Assembly (NCBI GenBank): GCA_022652485.1
Contig: JALCRK010000003.1
Location: 35,798 to 99,797 of the forward strand
Reading direction: 5' to 3'
Length of the DNA: 64,000 nucleotides
From: Sphingobium sp.
GTDB lineage: Bacteria; Pseudomonadota; Alphaproteobacteria; Sphingomonadales; Sphingomonadaceae
Each line of letters starts with the position of its first letter. Position 1 is the first letter of the stretch. Positions 1-8,469 of the stretch are shown here, one piece after another. The notes beneath the pieces were generated by a model that did no database searches, was not told the DNA's origin, and saw only the letters and a program-made list of their open reading frames with translations. Both the position numbers and the translations under genes were made by a program.

Positions 1-1522
1 GCGCCACGGTATCGCCGCCGACCTCGCGCAACACTTCGGTCAACACTTCGCGGTCGCGGACAAGGCCATAAAAGGCATCATCGGCCACCCAATAATCGGC
101 CATCTTGACGCCAAGGTGAAGACCGATGGTTTCGATAAGGCCGGTTCCGCTTGCCAGTGTCTCGGCCATAACGACGCCAAGAACCTCCATGACAACCGCG
201 TCTGGCAATTCCAGCAACCGCTGGAACAGTCCGCTCACGCCGTTCCTCGGTTCATGGCCCAAAGTGACGCTTGGCTCATCGGGGTCAAAACCCAACACGC
301 CAAGCACTGCGCGGCGGCGCTCGTCGAAGCGGGCTTCGGCAACGCTGGTTTCGATGCTCTCGGTAATCGCTTCGTTTCGGCTGCGCTGATCTTGAACCCT
401 CACGCCCCATAGTGGCGAACCGCAAATCGCGTGGGCAACCATGACACGCAGCGCCACGCCGGTATTGGCGGCAAGCGCCGACCGCACCGCCGCATGGCGG
501 TGCAGGTCGATATAGCTCGTCATGGCTGCTGTGATTTCGGGGCGGCTGGCCTTGGTTGTCGCATCGGGCGCTTCGCCTTTGGCGATGCGCTTTGCTTCGC
601 GCTCGGTCAGATAGCCCTCGTGAAACGCCACCTCGCCATTATGGGCAATGGTCACATAGACCCGCCCGCCTTTGCGCTTCGGCGTGGCCGCGAACTCGTA
701 GCGATGGAAGTATTGCCCATCGGGCAAAACGACAACATCGCTCCACCCGTCCGCGATATAGGCAGCCTTGCGTTCCTCGATGGCCGCGCGCTGCGCGTCC
801 TCGAACTCGCGCAAATCCCCGAAATAGCCGTCCTTCTCGAACAGGTCTTTGACGATACGGCCATGATAGGTTTCAAGGTCGAACAGCGCGACGCTGGTTG
901 ATATGGACGCGCCGCCGAACAGCCACGCTTTCAACTGGTGGCCCTTGGGGATGGACGATTGTGGGTCGTCATACAGCGCCAGCCATGTTTTCTGCTGCGC
1001 CTTCGTCGCCAGCGTCAGATGGCGAACACTGGTCGCGTCGATCTCCTCGGCGCGGTAAAGCTGGCGGATGCGCGGCAGCAAATTGCCAAGCGCCAAGATG
1101 CGCTTGACGGTCAGTTCGGGCATCCCGAACGTCATGGAAATTTCGTCGGGCGTCCGGCCTTCCTTGACCAACCGCGTGAACGACTCCCACTGCGTCACCT
1201 CGTCGGGCGCAAGCCGCGCAAGGTTCTCGATCAATGAGGCTTCGAGGGCGGCGGCATCGTCGCCCGCCTCCATGATAGCGCACGGCAGCGGCTCGGCAAC
1301 GCCGTTCTCGTTTGCCACGGTCTGCGCGGCGAGAAAGCGACGGCTTCCCGCCACAATCTCGAATGTGGTGTCGCTGCCATTGGGCCGCACCAACAGCGGC
1401 ATGATAATGCCCCGTGCGCGGATGGATGGCAGAATGCCGCTAATGTCGGGCGGCTTCTTGCCGCTCCGCATATTGGCGGGGGAGATTGAAAGCCGGTCAA
1501 GGGCGATATGGTCAAGTTTCAT
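1..1522 (-). CDS. ParB/Srx N-terminal domain protein (ICE/plasmid-type ParB-like), partial: C-terminus is off-window
   Basis: Not in the ORF track because it runs off the left edge. A minus-strand ATG at 1522 opens a frame with no stop down to position 1. My translation MKLDHIALDRLSISPANMRSGKKPPDISGILPSIRARGIIMPLLVRPNG..FEIVAGSRRFLAAQ shows the ParB-type N-terminal motif. Confidence 0.75.
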   Translation of the reverse strand, partial: MKLDHIALDRLSISPANMRSGKKPPDISGILPSIRARGIIMPLLVRPNGSDTTFEIVAGSRRFLAAQTVANENGVAEPLPCAIMEAGDDAAALEASLIENLARLAPDEVTQWESFTRLVKEGRTPDEISMTFGMPELTVKRILALGNLLPRIRQLYRAEEIDATSVRHLTLATKAQQKTWLALYDDPQSSIPKGHQLKAWLFGGASISTSVALFDLETYHGRIVKDLFEKDGYFGDLREFEDAQRAAIEERKAAYIADGWSDVVVLPDGQYFHRYEFAATPKRKGGRVYVTIAHNGEVAFHEGYLTEREAKRIAKGEAPDATTKASRPEITAAMTSYIDLHRHAAVRSALAANTGVALRVMVAHAICGSPLWGVRVQDQRSRNEAITESIETSVAEARFDERRRAVLGVLGFDPDEPSVTLGHEPRNGVSGLFQRLLELPDAVVMEVLGVVMAETLASGTGLIETIGLHLGVKMADYWVADDAFYGLVRDREVLTEVLREVGGDTVA

Positions 1523-1634
1523 GTCACTTACTCCGTTAGGTGGCCCCATCCTCGGGGCATCTTGGGGGGCGGTGAGGATGGGGCCGGTTGTCCGCGCCGG
1601 ACTATCCAGCGCGGGGTCTGCCGCCGCCTTGGGT

Positions 1635-2027
1635 TCAAGGCGGCGGAAGGGCTGGATTCTCTTTGGCGCGGGCAACGGCTGCGGCCTCAAGCCGCGCCTC
1701 GTCCTCGGTGATGCTGCCCGCCACGCGGGCCGCATCGGCATAAATGGTCAGCGGGAAGCGCCCTTCAAAACACAGGTCGCGCTCAATGGTGAGGCCGAAC
1801 GGCAGCGATACCGCTGCAATCTCGGCAAGGCTGGCCGAACCCATTTCGGGGCAACCAAAGCCAAGATCGCAAAGTCCGAACAAAATGTCGCCGTCTTCGT
1901 CCAGTTCGGAAAACAGCCAAGTGCCCGACCCTACGGGATTGAAGAATTTGACGACCGGCACATGATCGCCACGGCTTTTGCCGTTGGCGATGAGGCGGGC
2001 GCGCTGGTCTTGGGTGAGTAACAGCAT
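1635..2027 (-). CDS. DUF2958 domain protein (ICE/plasmid backbone)
   Basis: MLLLTQDQRARLIANG..VVKFFNPVGSGTWLFSELDEDGDILFGLCDLGFGCPEMG is the characteristic DUF2958 sequence. Internal ATG at 2027 chosen within track ORF 1635-2195. Confidence 0.8.
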   Translation of the reverse strand: MLLLTQDQRARLIANGKSRGDHVPVVKFFNPVGSGTWLFSELDEDGDILFGLCDLGFGCPEMGSASLAEIAAVSLPFGLTIERDLCFEGRFPLTIYADAARVAGSITEDEARLEAAAVARAKENPALPPP

Positions 2028-2040
2028 GGGGAAAATCCTT

Positions 2041-2250
2041 TCAAAACATCTCGATCTGATTGCGGGCGTTGGTGTCGAACAAGCCATGATCGGCGGGGCG
2101 CTGCGCCTTGCGCGGCTCCAGCGGCGCATTGGCGCGCATGGCGAGACGGTCGCGGGGCGTGATTGGCGCAACGCCGTAAACAAGCGTCTGCTCACCGATG
2201 GGCGTTTGCTCGGACGCCAGCCGGTCTTTGCAGGGGAGCGTGGCGGTCAT
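2041..2250 (-). CDS. hypothetical small protein (69 aa), ICE operon
   Basis: Track ORF. ATGA overlap with the upstream ORF (2247-2250) and only 13 nt before the DUF2958 start, which suggests translational coupling. No recognisable family. Confidence 0.4.
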   Translation of the reverse strand: MTATLPCKDRLASEQTPIGEQTLVYGVAPITPRDRLAMRANAPLEPRKAQRPADHGLFDTNARNQIEMF

Positions 2251-2450
2251 GCCGCGCGCGCCAAGGTGGATTCGCTCTCCCGAACGAACGCCAACAGAAA
2301 ATCCGCTGCCTTGCTGGCTTGCGATGCTGCTTTGAAAATGGCGCGATTGTCGGCGCGCAGCACATTAAGTAATCGCGAGGTATCGATAATGTGAAGGAAC
2401 GCGGCCAGATTGGCTGATGTCTGCGGTTTCCGGCCAACATTCCTTCGCAT
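2247..2450 (-). CDS. hypothetical small helical protein (67 aa), ICE operon
   Basis: Track ORF with an ATG at 2450, 3 nt after the recombinase stop, and an ATGA overlap with the next ORF. No recognisable family. Confidence 0.35.
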   Translation of the reverse strand: MRRNVGRKPQTSANLAAFLHIIDTSRLLNVLRADNRAIFKAASQASKAADFLLAFVRESESTLARAA

Positions 2451-2453
2451 TAT

Positions 2454-3362
2454 TCAGAGCGTGTCGAGCCAGGCGAGTACGCTTGTATCGCGCTTCCAGG
2501 ATGGCTTGCCGCCGGGTGTGGTCGGAACGGCAACCTGTTCCAATGCCTTCCGTTTCGTTTCCAGATTGGCCCTCGCATAGTGGTTGGTCGTGTCGAGGCT
2601 CACATGGCCGAGCCAACTGCGGATGACCGTGACGTCGACGCCCGCCGAGATGAGGTGCACGGCGGTGGCGTGCCGGAAGGCGTGCGGCGTCACATGCTTG
2701 GCACGCAGCGTCGGCGTGGTTTCTGCCGCAGCCCTCACGTAGGCGGCAAGCTTGAACCGGACACCCGAGGCACTGAGCGGTTCGCCATAACGGTTGACGA
2801 ACAGCCTCTGGTCCGGCGCCCGTGGCTGTCGCTCGAGCAGCTTACTCAGCAGCAGGACCGTTTCCGGCCAGAGCGGGCAGATGCGTTCCTTTCGGCCCTT
2901 GCCGGTCAGGCGCACGCAGCTCGGGCTTTCGAACCGGATCGCTTCGGGGCACAGATCGAGCGCTTCCTGTATTCGTGCGCCGCTGTTGTAGAGGAACGAG
3001 AGCAGCGCATGGTCGCGCATACCCTCGATCGTAGAACGGTCGGGCTGAGCGAGGATCGCCGTCACTTCCGCCGGATCGAGGTAGCAGGGCTCCGATACCG
3101 GCGCGCGCTTGATCGGGATGTTGAGGATTTCGACGCATTGCGCGATCGATGGGGGATACTTGGTGGCCACGAAGTGGAAGAAGCTGCGGATCGCGGCAAG
3201 TCGGCAGTTGCGCGTGCCGATCGTGCCGCCGCGGTCGTGTTCGGCATGGCTCAGGAACGCGGCGACCTCGCTGGCGGTCAGATCGGCCAGCGTGATCACC
3301 GCCACCTTCTTTCCAGCACGCTGCGCGACGAAACGCGCCGAATTGGCCGAGGAAGCCGCCAA
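2454..3362 (-). CDS. tyrosine-type site-specific recombinase, probably N-terminally truncated
   Basis: Catalytic-domain motifs are present: SGARIQE, TGKGRKER, HAFRHATAVH, WLGH, HYA. Only the last helices of the SAM-like N-domain remain. The track start is a TTG with an in-frame stop at 3375-3377, directly at the junction with the helicase remnant. Confidence 0.8.
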   Translation of the reverse strand: MAASSANSARFVAQRAGKKVAVITLADLTASEVAAFLSHAEHDRGGTIGTRNCRLAAIRSFFHFVATKYPPSIAQCVEILNIPIKRAPVSEPCYLDPAEVTAILAQPDRSTIEGMRDHALLSFLYNSGARIQEALDLCPEAIRFESPSCVRLTGKGRKERICPLWPETVLLLSKLLERQPRAPDQRLFVNRYGEPLSASGVRFKLAAYVRAAAETTPTLRAKHVTPHAFRHATAVHLISAGVDVTVIRSWLGHVSLDTTNHYARANLETKRKALEQVAVPTTPGGKPSWKRDTSVLAWLDTL

Positions 3363-5094
3363 AGACCGCGCGGCCTATATACGCCCGATCGTGCTGTTTC
3401 AGGCAGAGGACAAGAACCGCGAAGTGACGGTGGAGGTGTTGCGGCATCACCTGATTGAAACGCATCACATCGACGGCAACGCCATCGCGGTGGCGACGGG
3501 CGATCAGCGGGGTCTGGACGGGATCGATTTATTCAAGCCGGATTGCCCGATTGAGTATGTCATCACGGTTGAGGCGTTGAAAGAAGGCTGGGATTGCTCC
3601 TTTGCTTATGTCTTCTGCTCCGTAGCAAATATCAAGAGTGCAACGGATGCCGAACAGCTTTTGGGCCGCGTGCTGCGTATGCCTTATGCCACGCGGCGTA
3701 AGTCGCCGCTGCTCAACAAAGCCTACGCCAATCTGGTGTCGAAGAGCTTTGCCGAAGCCGCGAATACTCTGCGTGATCGCCTCGTTGATATGGGCTTTGA
3801 GGAGCAAGAGGCCGAGGCAAATATCGAAGCGGTGCAAAGCTCGCTAGATGAAGGTTTGTGGGGTGAGCGGCGGCGTTCAAAGCCGACAGCGCGTATTTCG
3901 ATTGAGGTAACACCGGAAGTTTTAGCCACAGTGAAAGCGGTTGCTCCTGAAAAGTTGAAGATTGAAGCTGCTGAGGGCACCGTTGCTGTCGTTGAGGTGA
4001 CAGGATTTTTGCGGAAATCTGAGAAAGACCTGATCTACGCCTCTTTGCCTGAAAAAGCCGCAAACCACTTCCGCGAAGTAGTTCAACGCTTTGAGGCCGA
4101 GAACGCCCATGAAGCATCGCCGGCTGAGCTGGGGCAGGAATTTGTCGTGCCGCGACTAATGGCATCAATCCAAGGCGAACTCATTTTCGCCGACGCGGAT
4201 ATAATGGGCGAGTATTTCGAGTGGTCGCTTGCCAGTCATTCGGCGCAGCTTTCGCGAGCTGAATTCGATGTGCGCGATACTTCTGAAGCGTTCGAGATCG
4301 ACCTGGATGGCGATAGTCTGATGGTAAGGCATAGCGACCAATTCGATCAAATGATGCTAGACGTGCCAGTCGATGGTTGGACGGAAGCGGGATTGGTCAA
4401 TCTGCTCACGAAGCAAGTTCGCCAATCGGATAGGGCCATCGGCCACAGCGAAATGGTCGCTTGGCTTAGCGACGTGATCCGTCACTTGACGGGTGCACGT
4501 GCGATTCCGCTGGCAACGCTGATGCGTTGTCGATTCATTCTGGCCCGCAAATTGCGGGATAAGATTGCGGCAATTCGCGCCGAAGTCCGCAAGGGCGTTT
4601 ATCAGCGCTGCCTGTTCGCGCCGGAAGCTCAACCTCAGGTGTCATTCGACAATGGTTTCCGTTTCCATGATGGCATGTTCGCAGGCGTTCCCTGCTATCG
4701 CGGTACCAAATATCGTTTTACCCGTCATTACTTAGGTTGGGACCGCGTGCCTGCATTTGACGGCAATGAAGATGGCGAGGAATTCAAAGCCGCACAATTG
4801 CTCGACAGCATCAGCGACGTGGAATTTTGGGTTCGCAACGTCGCCAAACACGTCGATGCCTTTTGGTTTCCTCTGGCGAATGGGAGAACTTACCCCGATT
4901 TTGTCGCAAAACTGGAAGACGGACGGCTGTTGGTAGTCGAATATAAAGGCGCACATTTGGTGGCTGATTCCCTGGAGAAGCAAGCCATCGGGCAACTCTG
5001 GCAAAAATCGAGCGAGGAAAAGGGCATTTATGTATTCGCGGAAAAGGAACGTAATGGGATGAATGTGAAAGCGCAGATACTGGAAGCGCTTTAG
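3337..5094 (+). pseudogene. 5'-truncated SF2 helicase (type III restriction Res-like) with a C-terminal PD-(D/E)xK nuclease-like domain
   Basis: Only the helicase C-terminal motifs remain (VITVEALKEGWDCSFAYV; QLLGRVLRMPY) plus a C-terminal YPDF..VVEYKG. There is no DEAD/DEAH N-half and no plausible start codon. Residues before ~3337 in track ORF 3109-5094 are antisense to the recombinase gene. Confidence 0.7.
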
Positions 5095-5125
5095 AAAGGC
5101 AGCCACCAAAGCTGGAGAAAATTGA

Positions 5126-6022
5126 TCAGCGGCGGCGGCTTTTACTCGGGAACTGAGGGTTCTCCCAAACATCAAATGTATCACGGAAGCCCTCATCGAC
5201 CTCGCTTTCGTCTTCGGTCTCGTCAACGATCAGCATAGTCATTTTCCACCCGCCCGCCAGACTCAGCGCTTGCTCATTGATGGATGATGGGCGCTCAAGA
5301 CTTGCAAGCCAGACGCCTCGGTCAACTTCATCCCATTCTGCCTCGCTGTTTTGGGAACCGGAAGATAGAGAGTTGTGTGGAAGCGGCTTGCCTATCGCAG
5401 CTTCCACAAAAGGGAAGCGACTTGGCTTATAAACGCGCCTTATTATGTCATCTTGGGACAAGATGATCGCGCACATGTCATGGTGATAGGTTGAGTAATG
5501 GATTGCAGCGGCCTCTTTGCTCACATCATACCGAGCTGCCAAGGCAACAACATTTTGAAGGTCGGGCGCACCTTGAGAACGCATGTCTGCCTTAAACATG
5601 GGCAACGGCATCAGCATTCCCGCGCTAAACCTGTTTGCCTCCGATTCCATCCTCTTATAACGATCATCGCGACCCGCTTTGCGGATGCTCATATCGGCTT
5701 TTGAACATGTAAATTGGCCAGATGTCCCAGGCTTATGCGCAGCTATTAGGAAGTGTCCGAGCTCATGACCGATGGTATATCGCTGCCGCAATCGGTTCGC
5801 TGTGCCATTGACAAGGATAACCCCGTCTCGACGTTCAGGCTGCGTAATCAGTCCACCCTCAAAATTCTGTGTGGTCATCCTGTGAATGTCGGTGATGCCG
5901 ACGGCAACGGCCAGATCTTCGATCGGCACCGGAATTTGTAAGTCCGGCAATTGCCGGAGAATTTCGCTAATTACCCTTTCTGGAGAAGTGCAATCAGCAA
6001 GCTCAATCCGATCAATCTGCAT
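5126..6022 (-). CDS. ImmA/IrrE-family zinc metallopeptidase (CapP-like)
   Basis: HExxH motif IGHELGHFL followed by ESEANRFSAGMLMP (DUF955/ImmA type). Its ATG directly abuts the stop of the upstream XRE gene (TAGATG). Confidence 0.85.
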   Translation of the reverse strand: MQIDRIELADCTSPERVISEILRQLPDLQIPVPIEDLAVAVGITDIHRMTTQNFEGGLITQPERRDGVILVNGTANRLRQRYTIGHELGHFLIAAHKPGTSGQFTCSKADMSIRKAGRDDRYKRMESEANRFSAGMLMPLPMFKADMRSQGAPDLQNVVALAARYDVSKEAAAIHYSTYHHDMCAIILSQDDIIRRVYKPSRFPFVEAAIGKPLPHNSLSSGSQNSEAEWDEVDRGVWLASLERPSSINEQALSLAGGWKMTMLIVDETEDESEVDEGFRDTFDVWENPQFPSKSRRR

Positions 6023-6349
6023 CTATTGCCCTGACTCGCGCTTCTTTTTCATACCTTCGATCATCAGTTCAATAAATTGCCGGTCATTTTCATCCAAATT
6101 CTGGAGGTCGCGATACATAACCACAAGCTGCTCATCCTGAGCGTCGCTAGGATCTTCGCCCACTAAAGAAGCGATGGACACACCAAAATGCCCAGCAATA
6201 CCTTTGAGGAGTTCAATGGAAGGGTTAGCGGCAGTGCCTTTTTCAAGCTCCCAAATGTGCGCTTTGGACGCTCCAACCGCATCGGCAACAACCTGAAGCG
6301 ATTGGCCTTTAGCTGTTCGCAGCTTTTGCAACTTCGTTGCTAACGACAT
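6023..6349 (-). CDS. XRE-family helix-turn-helix transcriptional regulator (CapH-like)
   Basis: KLRTAKGQSLQVVADAVGASKAHIWELEKG is a classic Cro/C1 HTH. It is divergent from the NTase operon and co-transcribed with the ImmA peptidase. Confidence 0.85.
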   Translation of the reverse strand: MSLATKLQKLRTAKGQSLQVVADAVGASKAHIWELEKGTAANPSIELLKGIAGHFGVSIASLVGEDPSDAQDEQLVVMYRDLQNLDENDRQFIELMIEGMKKKRESGQ

Positions 6350-6386
6350 TATTCACGCTCCATTTCCGCTTTACCACAGTTCGCGC

Positions 6387-6415
6387 CCTATAGGAATCGC
6401 AAATCGTTCGGTCAA
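6387..6415 (-). promoter_or_regulatory. candidate sigma70 promoter for the XRE-ImmA genes (TTGACC-N17-TATAGG)
   Basis: The reverse complement of 6410-6415 is TTGACC, followed by a 17-nt spacer; the reverse complement of 6387-6392 is TATAGG. The -35 lies inside the left arm of the 10-bp inverted repeat. Confidence 0.5.
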
Positions 6416-6446
6416 TCGAACAAATTTGTGAGGCCTATTGACCGAA
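6407..6446. promoter_or_regulatory. candidate operator: perfect 10-bp inverted repeat TTCGGTCAAT-N20-ATTGACCGAA enclosing the palindrome ACAAATTTGT (6420-6429)
   Basis: Read directly from the sequence. Each arm contains a TTGACC -35 hexamer for one of the two divergent promoters. Confidence 0.55.
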
Positions 6447-6466
6447 GCTCTCGTTCAGTGTATCTT
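6438..6466 (+). promoter_or_regulatory. candidate sigma70 promoter for the DUF2188-NTase-E2-patatin operon (TTGACC-N17-TATCTT)
   Basis: TTGACC at 6438-6443, a 17-nt spacer, TATCTT at 6461-6466. The palindrome TCTTAC-N6-GTAAGA (6463-6480) overlaps the -10 and predicted start. The first ATG is at 6501, with AGGA at 6491-6494. Confidence 0.5.
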
Positions 6467-6500
6467 ACGTTATTGTAAGACAAAATCGAAAGGATGATCT

Positions 6501-6722
6501 ATGGGCCGCAATCAACACATTGTGCCACACAAGGCCGGCTGGGCCGTAAAATCAGCGGGCGGTGAGCGAGCTTCATCCGTTCACACAACCCAGCTGGCCG
6601 CGATTGAGCGCGGTCGTGAAACAGCACGAAGCCAAAAGTCAGAACTTTTGGTTCATGGACGCAACGGCCAGATCCGGCAGCGCGATAGCTATGGGAACGA
6701 TGATTTCCCACCTCAAGGATAG
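6501..6722 (+). CDS. DUF2188 domain protein
   Basis: MGRNQHIVPHKAGWAVKSAGGERASSVHTTQLAAIERGRETARSQKSELLVHGRNGQIRQRDSYGNDDFPPQG matches the DUF2188 pattern (HVVP..GWAVK...RAS...TQ.EAI...A......EL.IHGRDG.IR...SYG.DP.PP.G). Confidence 0.75.
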   Translation: MGRNQHIVPHKAGWAVKSAGGERASSVHTTQLAAIERGRETARSQKSELLVHGRNGQIRQRDSYGNDDFPPQG

Positions 6723-6733
6723 GTGAACTTAAA

Positions 6734-7984
6734 ATGACGATCTATGATCCAATCCGACCAAATCGCAATTACTTGCCGATGCCAAGTCCGGGTGATGCAA
6801 TGCTAATGGACATCGCCCGGCGGGTCCAGATTTCACCTACTAAGCAGGGTGAGGCGGAACAACACTTCCAAGCATTATGTGCTTATGTAGATCGGGTTGG
6901 CAGCCCGCTCGAAAGCATGGTCATTGCATGTTATCCCGGTGGCAGCTTTGCAACCGGAACCGCAATTGCATCAAGTGTTTCCAAAGATCAACATGACGTC
7001 GATGTTGTGATGGAACTCGATGTTGATTCTAACAGTGATCCAAAGCAGACGCTAGGATTGCTATATGAGGCAATCAACAGCGTGCCGGGTTCTAGATATT
7101 TCGGTCGGGTAAAGCTCAACTCCCGATGCGTAACAGTCCACTATGACGATGGTGTCCATGTGGATTTGATGCCGCTCGCGAGACTCGTAGCGACGCCGGA
7201 AAAGGCAGGAAACCTTTTTCATTCAAAGCCACAATCTGGCGAAAGCTACCACAAGCAGGTCAACCCTTGGGGTTTCGCCGAGCATTTTAATGGCAAGACT
7301 GCCTATGATCCTGTGTTCGCCGCAATGTTTGAAGCCCGATCAATGGCGGACAGTGGCGTCCTTGCAAAGGCAGACGTGGAGCCACTGCCAGCGCAGGTTC
7401 CTCTTACTGAAAAGTCAGCCAGAGTCGTCGCTTTACAGCTTATCAAGCGGAACCGCGATGTCCGTTTTCGGAATCGGTCGAAGCGCAAACCACCTTCGAT
7501 TGTGCTCTCGGCTATGGCTTTAGAAGTCGCGCCTTTGGGGGCTGGACTGCTTGAGGAAGTTGTTTCCATTTCGTTGCACATTGCACGTAGGCTCCAAGAA
7601 AAGTCGACGCACAATGTTTGCATCGAAGTTAGAAACCCGTCGTTTGTTCCTGACATTTTTACGGACAGATGGCCCCAAAACCTTGGGGATCAGAATGAAT
7701 ATGTCCGCGATTTGGAATATCTCGTTCGCCAATTGGCCAGACTGAGAGATGCCAACATTTCGATCACCGAATCCAAAACAATTCTTGATGATCTGTTCGG
7801 TGAAACGCCTGCGAAATATGCGATCAACGAGATCATGGAACGCAGTCGGCACGAAATGGAAAGGGGCACAATGAGGTTCGGACCTACGGGAAGAGTTCAC
7901 GCCAGCGCTGCGGCAGCGATTGCGACAAACTGCACCACGGCGCGTGCTAGCACAAATATGGGCGGCGGATGGCTCCCGGACTAA
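6734..7984 (+). CDS. CD-NTase-like (cGAS/DncV-like, SMODS-type) nucleotidyltransferase
   Basis: Pol-beta NTase signature: YPGGSFATGTAI (G69-G-S71), DVDVVMEL (D88, D90), VHVDLMP (D144). Ala/Thr-rich C-terminal tail ending NMGGGWLPD. First enzymatic gene of an operon with E2-like and patatin genes. Confidence 0.7.
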   Translation: MTIYDPIRPNRNYLPMPSPGDAMLMDIARRVQISPTKQGEAEQHFQALCAYVDRVGSPLESMVIACYPGGSFATGTAIASSVSKDQHDVDVVMELDVDSNSDPKQTLGLLYEAINSVPGSRYFGRVKLNSRCVTVHYDDGVHVDLMPLARLVATPEKAGNLFHSKPQSGESYHKQVNPWGFAEHFNGKTAYDPVFAAMFEARSMADSGVLAKADVEPLPAQVPLTEKSARVVALQLIKRNRDVRFRNRSKRKPPSIVLSAMALEVAPLGAGLLEEVVSISLHIARRLQEKSTHNVCIEVRNPSFVPDIFTDRWPQNLGDQNEYVRDLEYLVRQLARLRDANISITESKTILDDLFGETPAKYAINEIMERSRHEMERGTMRFGPTGRVHASAAAAIATNCTTARASTNMGGGWLPD

Positions 7985-8469
7985 TCAGCATTGATCACCA
8001 GATTGGTGCCATGACGGAGCGATGGCCCGCCTTTGAAGTAGTGGCCAAAAATGATCGTTGCGCAGTCTGGGAAGGTAATCTCGATCCAGTCAGCAGACGA
8101 TATCGTGTGCGTGTCAGATATGAGGTGCCTGTGGCAATCGAGAACTTTTCACTACTCAATGTGCAGCCCCGGGTTCAGATATTGTCTCCAGTTCTTGAGC
8201 GCCATCCTGAGCATGACGAGGGGCCAATCCCGCATGTATATATAAACAGCAAAGAGCAATCATTGCCTTATCTGTGTCTTTTCGATCCTTTCAATGGGGA
8301 GTGGACTCCGTCAGATTTGTTGGCAGAAACAACCGTGCCTTGGACTTCGCGCTATCTCTATTTTTATGAAGGCTGGTTGTTGACCGGTAAATGGTCAGGT
8401 GGAGGCAGGCACCCGACACAGGAGGAACTGGATGGAAGTCGACAGCCAAAAGCCATCGCGGAGATCTGA
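7969..8469 (+). CDS. E2 (UBC)-like protein, stand-alone (type II-short CBASS E2-like)
   Basis: The core GPIPHVYINSKEQSLPYLCLFDPFNGEWTPSDL parallels the UBC HPN..(G)..C..(L)..W.P layout, with a candidate catalytic Cys103 (codon 8275-8277). 16-nt overlap with the NTase gene. An alternative start is at 8011. Confidence 0.6.
   Translation: MAPGLISIDHQIGAMTERWPAFEVVAKNDRCAVWEGNLDPVSRRYRVRVRYEVPVAIENFSLLNVQPRVQILSPVLERHPEHDEGPIPHVYINSKEQSLPYLCLFDPFNGEWTPSDLLAETTVPWTSRYLYFYEGWLLTGKWSGGGRHPTQEELDGSRQPKAIAEI

Noticed and set aside
3109-3336. N-terminal 76 codons of track ORF 3109-5094
   Set aside because: This part is the reverse complement of the recombinase coding sequence and shows no helicase similarity. 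Helicase homology starts only at ~3337, so the long ORF is a chimera of antisense read-through plus a gene remnant.
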